A DNA stretch of 54,505 nt, counting the filler, from Bipalium vagum (taxonomy: Eukaryota), in assembly GCA_037834085.1 (NCBI GenBank). It is 3 parts of 3 records of this genome, joined end to end, with 100 filler letters (N's around TTAATTAATTAA, not from the genome) between each part and the next. Parts side by side here need not be neighbours in the genome. Positions count along the whole stretch, not along the records: positions 21,499 to 37,750 come from JBBMKC010120388.1; 2 more parts are not named here. One strand, written 5' to 3'. Numbering within the stretch: position 1 is the first letter of the stretch; every line of letters begins with the position of its first letter. Shown one piece after another: positions 21,499-35,499 of the stretch. Below the pieces are notes generated by a model, which saw nothing but the letters and a program-made list of their open reading frames with translations, ran no database searches and was not told the DNA's origin. The translations under genes were made by a program, and so were the position numbers.

Positions 21499-24279
21499 TT
21501 CGATAATCAAGAGGATATAAATATAATTAATACTAAAGTAATAATAATAAATAAAAAGAAATCGTTTGTAAAAAAACATTTGTGAATATCAAATATATTT
21601 TTGAAACATTATTCGTTATCTTAGTTATTTCAGTGTTCTCTTATTATATACACTTTCTTCAAACGGGAGTTGGTGAGCCCTAAGTTTATTCGTAATTTTA
21701 AAGTAATAAATAAATCTTTGTCGGTGTACAAACCCAACAGAAGATATTTACTTGAAGTTAAAGAAGGATGAAAAATTGATTGGAATGTAGAAGAAGTTAA
21801 AATCTTGAGGAGGTGGAGATGTAAGTATTTAAAAAGATTGTAGAATTTTTTTGTCTTGTCCTCTTGACTTCAGCAATTTTTAGAATAAAATCTCAGTATT
21901 TTTGATGCCCTTAATTTCTTATATTTCTGTAAAAATAATTGTTCTGGATTTTTTATGGTTTTCAATTTTATGATAAAAGTTTTAATTTAATTTATTTTTT
22001 TAATTTTATTCTTTATATTTTTAATATCTAAAAATAAAAATTTTTATTAAATTTATATTAACATAAGAATTTATGTATAAAAAATACCTCATTTTTGAAG
22101 GTTATTAATTTTGTTTATTTGATTCAATTAGTTAATTATTATAGTTTATTATCTCTCGAAACACATCTTTGACAATTTCAAACTCCATTTTAAGGTACTT
22201 TTACGCAATTATAACTATAAACAATATTAGTTTTTGTTATAATTAAATATGAGTTTCCTAATTTATAGTTTTAAAAATTTTTTTTATGAAAATAATTAAT
22301 AAAATTATACATTAAAACAAAAAAATGAAAGAAAAATCAAACAATTATATTTTTAAAGTTATGTTTTTCATCAAAAATATCCGCTTCTAACCCTTTCACA
22401 CTGGAGCCAATTGTGATGCTTACGTCTCAATAAATTATAGGCAGATATATTCTGATTCCGTAAAATTCGATAAATAAAGTCTATGGTGTAATCTGAAAAA
22501 ATTAAATATGAAAATTTTTGTATCATAATGTTGGGAACATTTAATAATCATAAAAACTATAAAATAAACATTTTTCACGAAAGACAAATAAACTGCTGTA
22601 GGACATATTAAATTTTGTAAATCTAAATTTCTCAAATGTCAACATCGCAGTGAACTTTTTCTGGAAAAAGAAAATGAATAGAAAGGAGAGATAATATTGT
22701 TCATATTTAATCTTAATCATATCAACTAAAATGTCACTACAAATTCTACTTTGGTTGCATTCATTGTGAGGACCAACCCTTTCGAAATCGAATAACCCAT
22801 AAGTCTAAAACTTTTATTGATTGTATCACACAAGTGTCATACAATGTCAGAAGCCTTGTGTTCTCTAGATAATAAGAAAAATGTATGCGAGGCAAGTTTA
22901 GTTTTAAATTAAAATCCAATGAACAATGAGTCGAATATTGATGTGGATATTATAAATGTTTTCGTAAATTGAAGAATAAAAATTAAAAGAAAGGAATAAC
23001 GACGATCGCACCACAGCTGTAATAGATTCTTCAAATTGCTTTCAGAGCCCTAAACGATAATCAGTCACAAGTATAACTAATTCGGATCAAAGCGTGATCC
23101 TAAATACCATTTTTAATAATATGAACTTATATATTCACAATTAGAGTATAAAGTATTTGTATTTCACACCAATGTTTTATCACCTGAAAAAATACCACGT
23201 AAATAAAGTTAGGAATTTATTATATTCCAGATCTCCGGTAATTTTTATAATCTATACTCCTAATTTTAACCGAAAAATGTATTATTTCTGCGGATAATTA
23301 CTACTCTTTATGCCATTTTAAGGATGATTAATTACCAACTCTAATGGTTTATTACAAAATTTCCACGAATCAAGCTCGATATTCTGGGCACTAAATAATT
23401 CTCTAAAATATTTTTTCATGATTTTTTATTAACTATAATTATTAATTAATTATTATTATTGTTATTAATTTATAAATTCTTATTCTTTAATCTGTCAATT
23501 TCATTCCCGTCTCATTTCCAAATCTCAGCAATATTTATATCATCAAATATGATTTTATATCAAAATATGATAAGCATAAGTGAGATACCTTACCTCAAAA
23601 AAATGTTATTGGGTATTTCATAGAATATCAATAATTAACAATGTTAAATTTATAAATTGATAATAAATTAAATTAAAAAAATCACAAAACATCGAAATGT
23701 CGACTGTTGTCGTTTCCAAAATCACAGCATTTTAGTAACAGGATCTTCCATGTTAACATTAAATTAATCTTTGCTTTAATCATCCATGTTTTGAAGGATT
23801 ATTAAACCAGTTGGAGTTCCTCTATTATTTCATTTAGATAGTGCTCATAGATAATAGCTGTACCTAGAAGACCTAAAAGTCATCTGATGTCAGTGCGACT
23901 GCTCACCAGAACCCACAACAAACAGTAATTAAATCCATGTTGATGTACTTTAACTCCTTCATGTTCGCGATAAACAAAAATTCTTGGATGAATGTTAAAA
24001 TTAGCTCTTCCGTCTTTTCATAAACAAGTGATTTAAAGGACTGAAAAAAAGAATCACAAGAATAAAAACATTTCAAATTTATTATTAATTTTTATCAATA
24101 TTTATCTATATTTTTATCTCCAAACTTACAAAGAGCCCAACATCAATATAATTTTTGATATTCCTAACTCCCCTTTGCATTGGAAGGTCTATATAATTGG
24201 TTATTGATATATTAATTGTTTGTTACACTTTTAAATCTTATACTTATCTATGAAAAGAATAAGATGTATTTAATGGTAC

Positions 24280-24575
24280 AATCACCAGACCTTGCGTCAA
24301 CTGACTATCATTTCTTCCGAGCTTTGAATCATTTCTTCGTTGAAAAAATATTCAATAATGAAACGGCTGCGAAAAACGCGTTTCATGATTGCATAGCTAT
24401 TCTATCACCAGACTACTTGGCTGCTGGAATAAACAAGTTATCATTAAGGTTGCAGAACTGTGTTGATAGTTTTTGTGATTACATTGAATAAATATAAGTA
24501 TATCGTTTTTTGATTCTTATATTGTAAATCAACATGTTGATTAATAATCCGATATTATCTACTTAATGACCGAAT
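24280..24575 (+). mobile_element. mariner transposase C-terminal fragment
   Basis: SPDLASTDYHFFRALNHFF.EKIFNN...AAGINKLSLRLQNCVDSFCDYIE*. Confidence 0.8.
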
Positions 24576-24913
24576 AGATTTTACGATTTATGATTTAGAA
24601 TAAAAAAATCTTTAAAAAAAAACTTTTACTATAATTATAATATAATCAGATCGAAAAATAAGCTTTTGAGCTTTGAATTTAAAACAGTGTCATTATAGAA
24701 AATGTATAATATGAAAGAAATATTCGCTTTCCAAAAGTGATTCGAATTTATAAAGTTCAGGGCACCTTTTGAATATTTTTAATTCTTGTCAATATCATTA
24801 AAGTTCACTCACTTTATATGTGATAAACATTAACGCAACCGAAACTAGCGACTTTTTAAAATGCTCCAACACTGACTTTATTTTAATCTAAAGGTTGACG
24901 GGTGACCAGAACC

Positions 24914-25330
24914 ACATGGTGTGTATAGAAAGTAAGTAACCGATTTTAAAATATATTACCGTAAAATGCATTCAACTGTAAATTTTTGATACAATAAAAT
25001 TCATTGATTACAATTTAATATTTTCCTACAGAATTACCATTAACTTTAATACTCTTATGTAAGCGATGATTAAATTCAACATTTTGAGACATTTCTGGTG
25101 ATACTCTAGCTGCCTTCATTTATATAATATCTTTCAGGTCTTGTATATATTTTGGCTACTGTCGATGTACGTGTGCTTACAGAGGCTCATAAAAAGGAGA
25201 AATAAAGGTCTGGTGATTTGGCAGCCCAATAAAACAGTCCAGTCCTACCAATCCACCTTCCAGGTAAAATTGATTAAAAAATCTTATACAAAACATGAAT
25301 AATAAGTAGGCGCTCAATCTTATTGATAAA
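24914..25330 (-). mobile_element. rosa/DD41D-like transposon 3' remnant
   Basis: LPGRWIGRTGLFYWAAKSPDL matches the DD41D motif FPGRWIGR.G...WPPRSPDL. Confidence 0.7.
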
Positions 25331-25464
25331 CCAAAAAAGATAATAAAGTCAATCCTTGAAAAATATAATTACATTGCCCTGATAATAGAAAATTTCATTA
25401 AGAAAATAATATAATACTTTTGCAATTTCAAATCAAATTTCCTGAACTGAGATATTATCTCGCA

Positions 25465-26633
25465 TTAAGCATTTCTCCTTTCGCCTATTCTCTTCACATC
25501 CTTTAAGAGCCAGTTAAACATGTCTGCAGATTTTATGAGACTTTGATTTGTATTAAAAAGGTGAATTAATAAATAAACAACGTTTAAAGGCCCCATCACT
25601 TGAACAAATAAAATATTATTTTAATTTGATTACTTTTTAAATGCGCAGTAAATATTGGGGAACCCAGTTAAAAGTCACTTAGCAACTTAATTGAATAATT
25701 AAAAAAATGACGAGAATTATATCCCTTTCATTATTAATAATTTTTAAATTTTTTCTATTTTATGATTACATTTTATACAGGGTGTTCCAAAAGTCATTAG
25801 CAACTTGAATATCATAAAGCTCTATTAAATTTTGATTAAAAAGGTGGTGCAACACCATACTTTGCGCTTTGTGTGCCAGATTTCAAAAACCAAAACTTTA
25901 ACAAAGCATGGATTGTTCGTGCTGGGACACTCTCTTGGCTTGACACTCTCTGATTTACCTCCACTATATTTTTTTCTAAGGGGGTATTTAAAAAATAATG
26001 TTTTTATACACCAGCCAAAGAATCTGCAGCAATTGGAAACAATAATTGTATAGAAAATTTTGAAAATATCAATTATTATGTATCAAAATGTTATGACTGC
26101 TTTCATTGATTACCTTGTCAAATGTATTGAGCTTGATGTCAAACAAGTTGAGTAAAATAAAACTTGGAATGGTTTACTTGTAGTTCTTCATCAAAAATAT
26201 GTCATGATATTTTTTCTAAATTATGAAATTTTTATCATATATATTGATAATGGCTTTTGGGACACCCTGTAATATGATTCTTATGATGATTGTAATTTTT
26301 CCATAATGAAGCGTTGTATTTTATTGATAAAATCTGGTTGTCAGGGCATCAAATTTCAGCTATAAAAATAATTTACAATAATTAAAATCCAAAATAAAAA
26401 AGAATTCCATGCCTTTTGGGATTACCATTGCCAAAAGGTATCAATGGTATTTTAGGTTGAAATACTTTTGTTTCCCTTAACTATTTATCTTATTATTATT
26501 TATCTTAACATCTATCTTATTATGATCTGGGTATCACTGTTAATTATATTATTTATTTATGTAATAATAATATATAATAATAATTTTTTATAATAATATA
26601 AAAATGTGTGATAATTGACCAATTTATTAAATA

Positions 26634-26706
<73 letters not shown>

Positions 26707-27194
26707 TTAATATTAAATTATTGGTGAAAATAAAGTTCTTTCTTTTATCACAGAATTCTTGTTTGATCTTATGTAATGTGTTTTGATTAAATCTTAACGT
26801 TTTCATTATTTTCTATATTAAAATGAAAATTAATTATTTTATTAAGGAAACCTTTAGGGGAAAATGAAACGTCTATATAAACAATTAGAAATTCTTAAAA
26901 AATAATAATTAAAAATTATTAATCATTATTATTATTATTACTATTATTATTGATTATTATTATTATCATTTAATATTAATTCAATTTTATAATCATAGGC
27001 CTTAGAAATAAATTTCACCTATCATTTTTTAAAAATGAACTCATACCTTTTTTAAAATGTCTATTGACCTCATTAACGACCCTGAAGACAGGGTTTTCTC
27101 CACAAGAACCATTTACCAGGTTGGGAATAATTTGAAAGAACATTAATACTAAAACAAGTATCTCTTTCCTCGATAGAATATTTTTTAATAACAT
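25465..27194 (-). CDS. Candidate small secreted protein / prepropeptide, 68 aa; exon 1 27047-27194, putative exon 2 25465-25523
   Basis: Exon 1: MLLKNILSRKEILVLVLMFFQIIPNLVNG-SCGENPVFRVVNEVNRHFKK, signal-peptide-like, ending at a G|GTATGA donor (phase 1). A phase-1 CAG acceptor at 25524 gives DMFNWLLKDVKRIGERRNA*. The exon 2 choice is speculative. Confidence 0.4.
25778..26269 (+). mobile_element. 492-bp internally deleted rosa/DD41D-type element with both TIRs
   Basis: TIRs CAGGGTGTTCCAAAAGTCATTAGCAA and (rc) CAGGGTGTCCCAAAAGCCATTATCAA with TA flanks; internal SDLPPLYFFLRGYLKNNVF...PKNLQQL. Confidence 0.85.
26634..26705. repeat. (AAT)n microsatellite
   Basis: About 24 AAT units read directly. 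Confidence 0.95.
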
Positions 27195-28373
27195 TTTGAG
27201 CAAAAAAATCAAAAGTGAATTAAATGAAAGATATTTTTAAAAAAATATTACATAGGAAAAACATTTCAGCCAATGAGAACTAAAAATAAAAAAATAATAA
27301 GCTCTAATCAGGTTAATATTTGGACAGTTCAGTAGTCTTAAGGAAGAGATTTTGAAAAAATATTCAATTCCTTCTTTTATTAATTTAATTAACATTAATT
27401 AATTTACTACTTAATAAAAATAAAATATTTTTACCATAAATGTTAAGTTTTATTAAAAAAACAATTTTTATGAAATTATAAAACGTTCCTAAATTCTTTA
27501 TTAGAAAAAAAATTTATTTTAAAATATTCATCATCTTAAAAAGAGAATTAATTGTGTAATTAGATTAAAAGAAACCATTCCAATTATTAAGAAATTATTT
27601 ATTCCTTAAATAAACAATTTTAAAATTTGTTTAAAGATTCACATTTATAAATATTTATATTAAATAGCGATGAAGCAAGAATAAAATAATAATAATAATA
27701 ATAATATGATTACCAGGTATCTAAAAGAGTTGTCGATTTTATTAAATTGATATTTCATTAAATAGTTTATTATTTATTTCCCAGAAAATCAATTTGTTTT
27801 ATTAGATTACTTTAAGTCAAGCGTGTACTTTGATATTTAAAATATAATAACCATGATCATATAGTAACCACAATTAGTTCTTTTGTCACCAATGATATTT
27901 TAATATTCTGCAGAATTGTAATAAACAAAGTAGTCAATTTATTCTATTTAAAACAAACTTTGGAAATTATTTGATAAATAAAACAAGTTATTTTTATTTA
28001 CAAAATTTTTCAATTTACAAATTTAGATAAAGTAATTAATATTATTTTTAGTTTATTCGATAATAATAATAATAATTTATTTTTAGATAATTTTTAAAGA
28101 AAAATAATAAAATATTCTGAGAAAGCAAATATTGCATGAAATTAATTTTCTAGATTTTTCGTAATCCTTTATGAGAATGGTCCTTGAAAATACATTTTGA
28201 AATAAAATATTTAATTATCAACTTTTTTGCGAAAACAGATTTGTTTCACCAACATCGTCTTTCACATTACCTCCTATATTTTACTAGTGGACAATTGTTG
28301 AAGATTAATGGACGATTCAAATTAGAATTTTATTAAGGTCGTCTTGGATAACAATATCTTTGTCAATGTCAAA

Positions 28374-31300
28374 CTAATTAAATGAAAAATATTCTTCTGA
28401 GCGTTCCGGTTTCATTTTCGCTGATTTTTTATATCGAATCGCCACCGACGAAGAATTTGATTTTGATTCATTTTCATTATCTTTGTCCCTCGAGAGACTG
28501 AGTGATGTCCGAGGTCGGCACCCAGAAGGCGTAATCCTTATTTGAGAAGCAGACGTTAAAGGCTTCGAGTTGCAATCTGGAGATAATATTAATCGGTCAT
28601 GGTCTTTTGTCCTCACTAATGTTTCGTTCGAATAATAATCATCGAATTTCGTTCTACATGAATGAAGTGAAATCATTGATTTTTGTTTATTAAAATAAAA
28701 ATAAATATATTAGAAAACCCTTTAAGAACTATTTTATTATTATTATTATTATTTATTATTATTTAAATTAATGGATAAAAAATATCAGCTGACAACTTTC
28801 CAAAAAAATCTTTGACCAAAATAAATGAAATAATTACATAATAAAAATATTACGATTATCACTTAGGGTCAATGGCAGTGATGAAACTATAAATTTAGAG
28901 ATCTAATGTTCTTTTTCAAAAAGGGCTTTCTAAAATAAAGCCCTGGGTTTTCTGATCTTTAGACGACAGATTTATCCACATTATTTTTTATTCTTACTTT
29001 ACATTTTCCTTTTCGTTGTTGGTCATATCTTCCTTCAATTTACTTTCAAATGCTGTTTTTATAAGATTCATCACAACTCCTTTTTCTTTATCATTTGCTG
29101 TTGCAAGCCAATTTTTTATAAAGGTTTCGTCAAAAGTTTGCAAAATTTGACAAAGCAGAGAAAATATCTAAAAAAAATAAATCTATATTTTCTTTGGGTA
29201 ATAGAATTAAAACAGATTTTTTAAATAAGTAAATAATATTTTTCATTTTAAAATGTTATCAGTGCTGAGTAAGTCGACCAGATATTACAAGGCTTTCCGA
29301 AACATTTAATCCCTTTTTTCGAAATAATCAATTCTGTTTTAGTTATTTTTAGAAATATTTTGTTTAAAAAATAAAACTATAATGACAAAAAATAAACGTA
29401 AATATCAAAACGTATCTGACGAGCTCAGGAGCATGGTATGTTTGAAATATAATGATGGATAGTCACATAAGATAAATATGTAAATAAAACATCCCATTTA
29501 ATCGTTTGAATTCGATTTTTATTAGTGGACTAAATTATTTAATAAAAATAAATTATTTTTAATATCTTCACCTTTTTCTACTTATGTAGTCAATTTATGG
29601 ATGCTATCCCAAAAAACTTCTGGTTCGAGGCGAATCATCCAGAGAGCCAATTTTGTTATATCTTCGTACAATTTGAAATGCTGCTCATTAAGTCCATGTG
29701 CCATTGAACGGAACAGGCGAAAATCGGAAGGAGCAAGATCAGGTGAATAAGGCAGAAGGGTGATTACTTCCCATTTTCATATCTTTTAACATGCTTTTAA
29801 CTGCTTTAGAAGCAGTTTTTTTGCATTGTCATGTAGAAGAATTACTTTGCCATGTTTATTGAGCGATTTTGGACGTTTAACTATTAAAGACGGATTCCCT
29901 TTGGATATTCGGTTTTGGTATATCTCCTAATTAATATTTTCACCTGGTTTGAGAAGCTCATGGTACACCACGCCTTGCTGATCCTACCAGACGCAGAGCA
30001 ATTCTTTCCGAAGTTTTCGTACGTTTGGGATTTTCAGATTAAATCTACTTTTCATCTCCTGTCAATAGTCGAAGAAAGAACCTCTTAGTTGTCTTTTATT
30101 CAATTGATGAAACCTTCCTTTAAAATCTTACCCATATCATTTAAGTGCACTCTTATTGCTTACTGCACCTAATCTTATGGCAAGTTGATTTTGCGATTGA
30201 CATGCATTTTCATCCAATAAATTTTGTAAATCATGGTTTTCAAATTTGGACGGCCTATGTGTTTTTTTACACTGAAATCATTACTTCTGAAGCGGTGAAC
30301 TCAACGTTCGGACGTGTCCTGAAATACTACCTGTTTTCCATAAATATCGCATAATATCCTGCAACTTTCTGCAGCAGTTTTGTTCATTTGAAAGTAATGA
30401 ATGAGAACTTCCGGCAAGTGTTCTTTGCTTGGTGTAAATGTTGACGTATAAGTTATTAACATATGAAAATTTAAATGATTACTCTATTAATTAGATATTA
30501 TTCAAACAAATTGATTTATTATTTCAATTCACAATTATATTTCGATATCTCACTAAATCTATTTTAAATAAATTCGCATTATTTGTACCTCTTATATTAA
30601 TTGATTTACAACTATAAATATTCAAATATCACTTTATAAAGTAGACCGAAAACTCTTATTACTTACCCTAATATATATATAAAGTTTCATAATTTTAATT
30701 TTGTTGAATCAAATATGCGCACTTTGTTTTAATAATACATTTAAAATAAATTTCGAAATCAAAGTAAACTTCATTATTTAAAAATCTTAGCCTAATTAAA
30801 TTCGTTCTAAACAATCCAGGCTTTTATATCTGCAAAATTTTATCATTTATAAAAATGAAAACATTTTTACTATTACCAAAGGTTGTTAGTGTTTTTTTTT
30901 GTTTATGACACAGTCTCTATGGTTTTTGTTCTAAATATAAATAATAAATAAATTTGGAGACATTTCTAAAAATTCTAATTAAACTACCAATAAATTTAAG
31001 GATTAATTAATTACGTAAGATTTAATTAAAAGGTTTATATTTTCAATTTGAAGCACATTGTATCAGGTAGGTACAAAAAGATTTTTACATAATTTTCGTA
31101 AATTAAAATTGGGTCCAAAATTTTTTTGGCTTTCAAAAAACATCGAAAGATTTTTAAACGTATTCATTTATTTTTGACTTTCTTTTTAATGATATCAACC
31201 TTATTCCGATCTTTGAGTAAACGTAATCACGTAAATACCCAAAGATATGATAAAAAAAAATTTTATGGTTTCGTAGACTTTCACATTTAACGACGATGTT

Positions 31301-34300
31301 TCTTTAAAATATTCTCAGTTTAAGTGGGTCGTTTTATAGATTTCAACATTTTTCTAAAAGAATTATAAGTGTATTTATTTAAAGACATTGATTAAAATAA
31401 TTTTCAGAAATGTTATTGTTATTTTTTAATGTCCAAGGCTTAAAACAAAAGCCAACTTAACACAGAAAGAATTTATTTATCAGTAGGATGTATATGGTTG
31501 TAAGATTGAAGAAAGAATCAATTTGACCCTGATCGCTGATTTGAAGTCATGTAAAAGGACTTTGATATTTTACGGACTGTTTTGAAACATTTTTTTCTTA
31601 CAGTACTTGTAGTCGTGTTTATTGATTAAATAAACGTTTCAGACTTAAGCGTGTATTTATTTGATCTCGTAAACATTACTATTTATTCTCGAACACAACT
31701 ATGAGATTTATGAGTCAGGTATAAAGCTGATATTGATTAATATAAAATATTAAAAATACTTTTATTTTGAAGATATAAAAATATACTGTTTTTCAAATGG
31801 CGGGAAAATCATTAATCAAAATCACTAATTAAAATCATTAAAACTATTCTTCACATTTCTCATTCCTTCAACAAGATAAAATTATTTTAAAAAAAACTAT
31901 CTTCAACACTATAATTCCTAATTGTAAATATTCAATTGCACACATAATACAAATTACGAATATTTTCTTTCACGTTGTATTTCTATTATTATATTAAATG
32001 AAACGAGACTGCCTTTTATTGTAATAATATGTAGGCAATATTTTGTAAAAAAATTCTTCGAGAATATTTAACAGATTTTTATTTTTTAAATCATACAAAA
32101 GACTCGATATAGGGTGAAATGTTTAATTTAACGCAGTGTAATTAAGGATGTGTTTTATCAGGCTATTATAACATATCAATATTTAAATATTTTATAATTT
32201 TAATATTTATCAATAATAAAAGTAATGTTCCTTTTAGTCATGGGGTCGCAGAAAAACATTAACGGGTGAAGAAATGAACTTTTCTTTTTCGGAAATTTGT
32301 TAGGTCGGTCTGAAAGTGCCATAAGAAATTATCTGAAAAAAATGTTAACTACGGTGCCAGAAAAGGATTAAAATGTAACTCAAAACTCACTTCCTATCAG
32401 AAATGCAAGATCAAATATGAAGCGATAAAGACTAGATTAAGCGCGCTACAAATAAAGAATAAACTTATAATACCAGTTACTAAAAAAAATAATGGTAACG
32501 TATTGCGCTTAAGATAATTTCATTTATCACAATATTTTTCGATTTTAAACTATTTTCTTCACTAATTTCCACAGGTCTTTCACTTGGTTGCATCGAAAAA
32601 AATTGTTAGACAGATGAAAATTCTCGGATACAGTTATAAAAGGTGGCCTGAGATACCATATACTGAGATACCATTAAGTTGAATAATAAATTCCTTCTTA
32701 CTAGATCTCTTGAGAAATAAAATGAACCACACTGTGAAATTCCACATTTTCGTACAATTTTTGAATTAATCTAATCTGGTGCAAGTAGAAATTACAATAT
32801 TTAAACCAATAATATATTTCATATTTAAATATGATTATTATTTTACTTGGAAAATTTTATTTAAGTATCTTAAATACTTCTGGTAGAGTCCAAGTACTTT
32901 TTAGCCTTATTGTGTGTATTTTTAATTAATTTAACATTTTTAGAGAATGTAATCATTTGTAATGTTAATAATTTCGAAAAATATTGATATTATAATTTCA
33001 CCAATCAGAAATCAAGCATGACAGCTATAAATGAATTTTTTATTGCTAATTAAAAATTAACATTATAATAAATAATGGAAATAATAATTATAATTTTTAC
33101 AAAAATATTTGAAAAACCTCTATACTTCATAAAAAATTTATTTCCAACCTGGGATTCATATTCACTTGTTTGATTATCACCAGATCTATATTTTTGGAAT
33201 CTGGCTGTTGTAAGCTTTGATATTGACGTGGTAAGTCTTTCTCTTTCATTTATAAAATCTCGATGGGTTTTCGGTCTACTGATACTTAGTAGGGGTGATA
33301 TAGTTTGCCTAGACATTGGATCACACTGATTATACATGAGATTGTATGGTTGACTTTGAGATAAGCCCTTTCCCTCTAAAATATAATTAATAATATTAAA
33401 ATTTTCAATGAGATTGACTGATTACGTTATTTTCTTTATTCATAATTTCAACACACCTGGTATTTGGAAAATAATAGATTCTGTCAAAGCCCGTAATTCT
33501 CGTCTCCAAGTGTCCAAAAATGGTATATTTCCAGTTGACACTTCCTCATTTAAATTAGATTTCCTTTTTGTTCTAGAGATAGCTATCCCAGTGAGTGTAT
33601 TCACAGGATTAAGAAAATTGTCGCCTTCTATTTCTGTGCTTAAAGTTTGTTGTTTCTAGAAAATAACAAATATTATTATTAAAATTAAAACTATTATTAT
33701 TAATTATTTATTATTATTATTAACTAATTATTATTATTGCCATTGTGAGATAAATTGAAAATTTGTCGAGGGATCTAACTCAGCGGCCAGAGCAGTGCAT
33801 GCGCATGTGAAAGGTTTAATGATTTTGACTTAAAAGTTGACAATTAAAAAAATAATTATTTTTCTGATGATAATAAATAAATTTTTGATTTTCAGTTCTA
33901 CGTATTTTTATTTTTTTATTATGATAAAAATAAAATAAATATTTCAAGTCAGATTTTTAAAATTTATATTAATTTTACAAGTTTTATTAATTTAAATTAT
34001 TATTTATTATTTAAAATTTTTATTTATTATTTGAAAATTTTATTATTTAAAAATGTTTTAGAAAATCAAAAAATACTTTCGAAAATAATTAAAATATTTT
34101 CTGTTTTATATGAGAAAAAAAATTGAAAATCCATGTTAAACATTTGTTGGAAGAAATATAAATAAATAATGGAGTCATTAATACATAATTAAAAAGAATT
34201 TTTATCGAAGTCTCGTATACTTTGGAAATACTGAAGAATAAACTCATTTATGTCGGCTCTGCAAATCATTCACACTTTTCACCAGATGAATTTTGAAAAA

Positions 34301-34660
34301 ATCAAACGAACTTTATTTTTGTGTTTATTTTTTAAAACAAACAAATTTTTTTAGTTATTTAATATTATTTGGTAATATTTTATTTAAAATTGTAACATTG
34401 GTGAATTACGTGAACGTTGGTCAAATGAATTTTGTTTGAGTTTTAGGAATGGAAAAAGTTACCTTGGTTATTGGCGCATCAAAAACATGGCAAATTGGTA
34501 TGTTTTGAAGACCAAAGAAATGCTTCACTCTTCTTGGGTGCGGATTGTGTCCAACGTCATAATTCCATCTGTGTACTTTGGGCAGGCTAAATTTTTGAGA
34601 AATAGTTCGAGAGTTCGGTTCAATGCTTGAAAGTCGGAAAGCATAAGGATAATCAAACAT
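28374..34660 (-). CDS. TBATA: TBATA/SPATIAL-like protein, 357 aa; exons 34463-34660, 33457-33655, 33149-33375, 28998-29167, 28374-28653
   Basis: All introns are GT-AG with consistent phases (0,1,0,2); 1074 nt in total. Three blocks resemble vertebrate TBATA in the right order: HNPHPRRVKHFFGLQNIPICHVFD (HHPHPQHVTHIQDLTGKPVCVVRD), TWRRELRAL (AWKKELKEL) and IFSLLCQILQT...NWLATANDKEKGVVMNLIKTA (VLELLCRILET...WLLYAPPKEKDLALGLLQTA). An acceptor at 34680 suggests a further upstream exon, so the start codon is uncertain. Confidence 0.85.
29540..30672 (-). mobile_element. Decayed Mos1-like (mauritiana-type) mariner in the TBATA intron
   Basis: TFTPSKEHL..VLIHYFQMNKTAAESCRILCDIYG; LCVW*DQQGVVYHELLKPGENIN; VILLHDNA; YSPDLAPSDFRLFRSMAHGL. 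Confidence 0.85.
32110..32510 (+). mobile_element. Tc3-like transposon 5' fragment (DNA-binding region)
   Basis: GRRKTLTGEE...LGRSESAIRNYLKK..NYGARK...KLTSYQKCKIKYEA...SALQIKNKLIIPVTK, resembling Tc3 (RSRHCIRVYLKDPVSYGTSK). Confidence 0.65.
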
Positions 34661-35499
34661 TGTTAATTGTGAAAGATATCTGTTAAAATGGTTAATAGCA
34701 CTTTAATTTAACAGTATTGAAAGAACCATCAACTTTGCATACTATTTTGATAAGATAATGTGATATTTTGACTTGTGAAATTGGCTCTGCACATAAATTG
34801 ATGACATCTTCAGCTTCAACGGTACCAAACACATTCTGTCAATAAGAAAATAGCGTCGATTTTGTATAACTTACACTACAGAAATATTACCATCAGATTA
34901 AAAAGGAAATAAATCATCATTTTCATTTAGAGTAATATTTTTATTTTACATATACGCATATATACTGAATTCCTCATCTCTGATTATTTTCAAGTCTAAT
35001 CAATAACGAAATTAAATAAGTTGTGATAAAAATTCTGATAATAGGAATTCCGAAGAACATAATCCACATCAAATAACTTCAGCCATGTAATATAAAATTT
35101 TAGAAAATCGATTTCTCATTCATTGTGATGATGTGTGCTTGTTAAACATTCCTCACTATTTTTTAATTCTCTAGTAAAAAAAACCATTGGGCGAATCCCA
35201 AAAAAACAAAATTAAATAATAATTATCCTTATAAAAAGAAAAAAAAGACAAAGGAACATTATAAGTAAATAGTTCTTACAGTGATAAGTAATTCGTTACT
35301 TAAAGGCACGAGTCCATTTGGTAATGTTGAGACAGCGATTTATAAGTTGGTTGGTGAGTTGATGGATCAATCGAGGTACCGAAGCTCAGCTTAATAATTG
35401 TTAGTGTTTTCCTCAAAGAAATATGTAACTTTAGCTCAAACTTTTAACTCCTCACTTCATTACTATTGTGTTCGTTTTATTGAAACTATTACAGAAATC

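Noticed and set aside
22388-22410. piggyBac-like terminus (TAACCCTTTCACAC), with a similar inverted sequence near 33805-33820
   Set aside because: The match is short, the TTAA site is imperfect, the two are 11 kb apart with host exons between, and there is no transposase evidence.
23700-24040. Good acceptor (TTTTTTTCAG at about 24041) as a possible upstream GPCR exon
   Set aside because: None of the three frames gives TM1-5 motifs (GN, LAxxD, DRY); left unassigned.
27047-27110. Trypsin-like zymogen reading of SCG...RVVN
   Set aside because: Lacks the I/VVGG or IVNG activation motif, and no PW, TAAHC or GDSGG exons were found downstream.
29414-29445. CTGACGA-GCTC-AG-GAGC resembling a hammerhead core and stem II
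   Set aside because: No GAAA follows stem II and there is no stem I or III; it lies in a short transposase-like N-terminal reading (MTKNKRKYQNVSDELRSMV).
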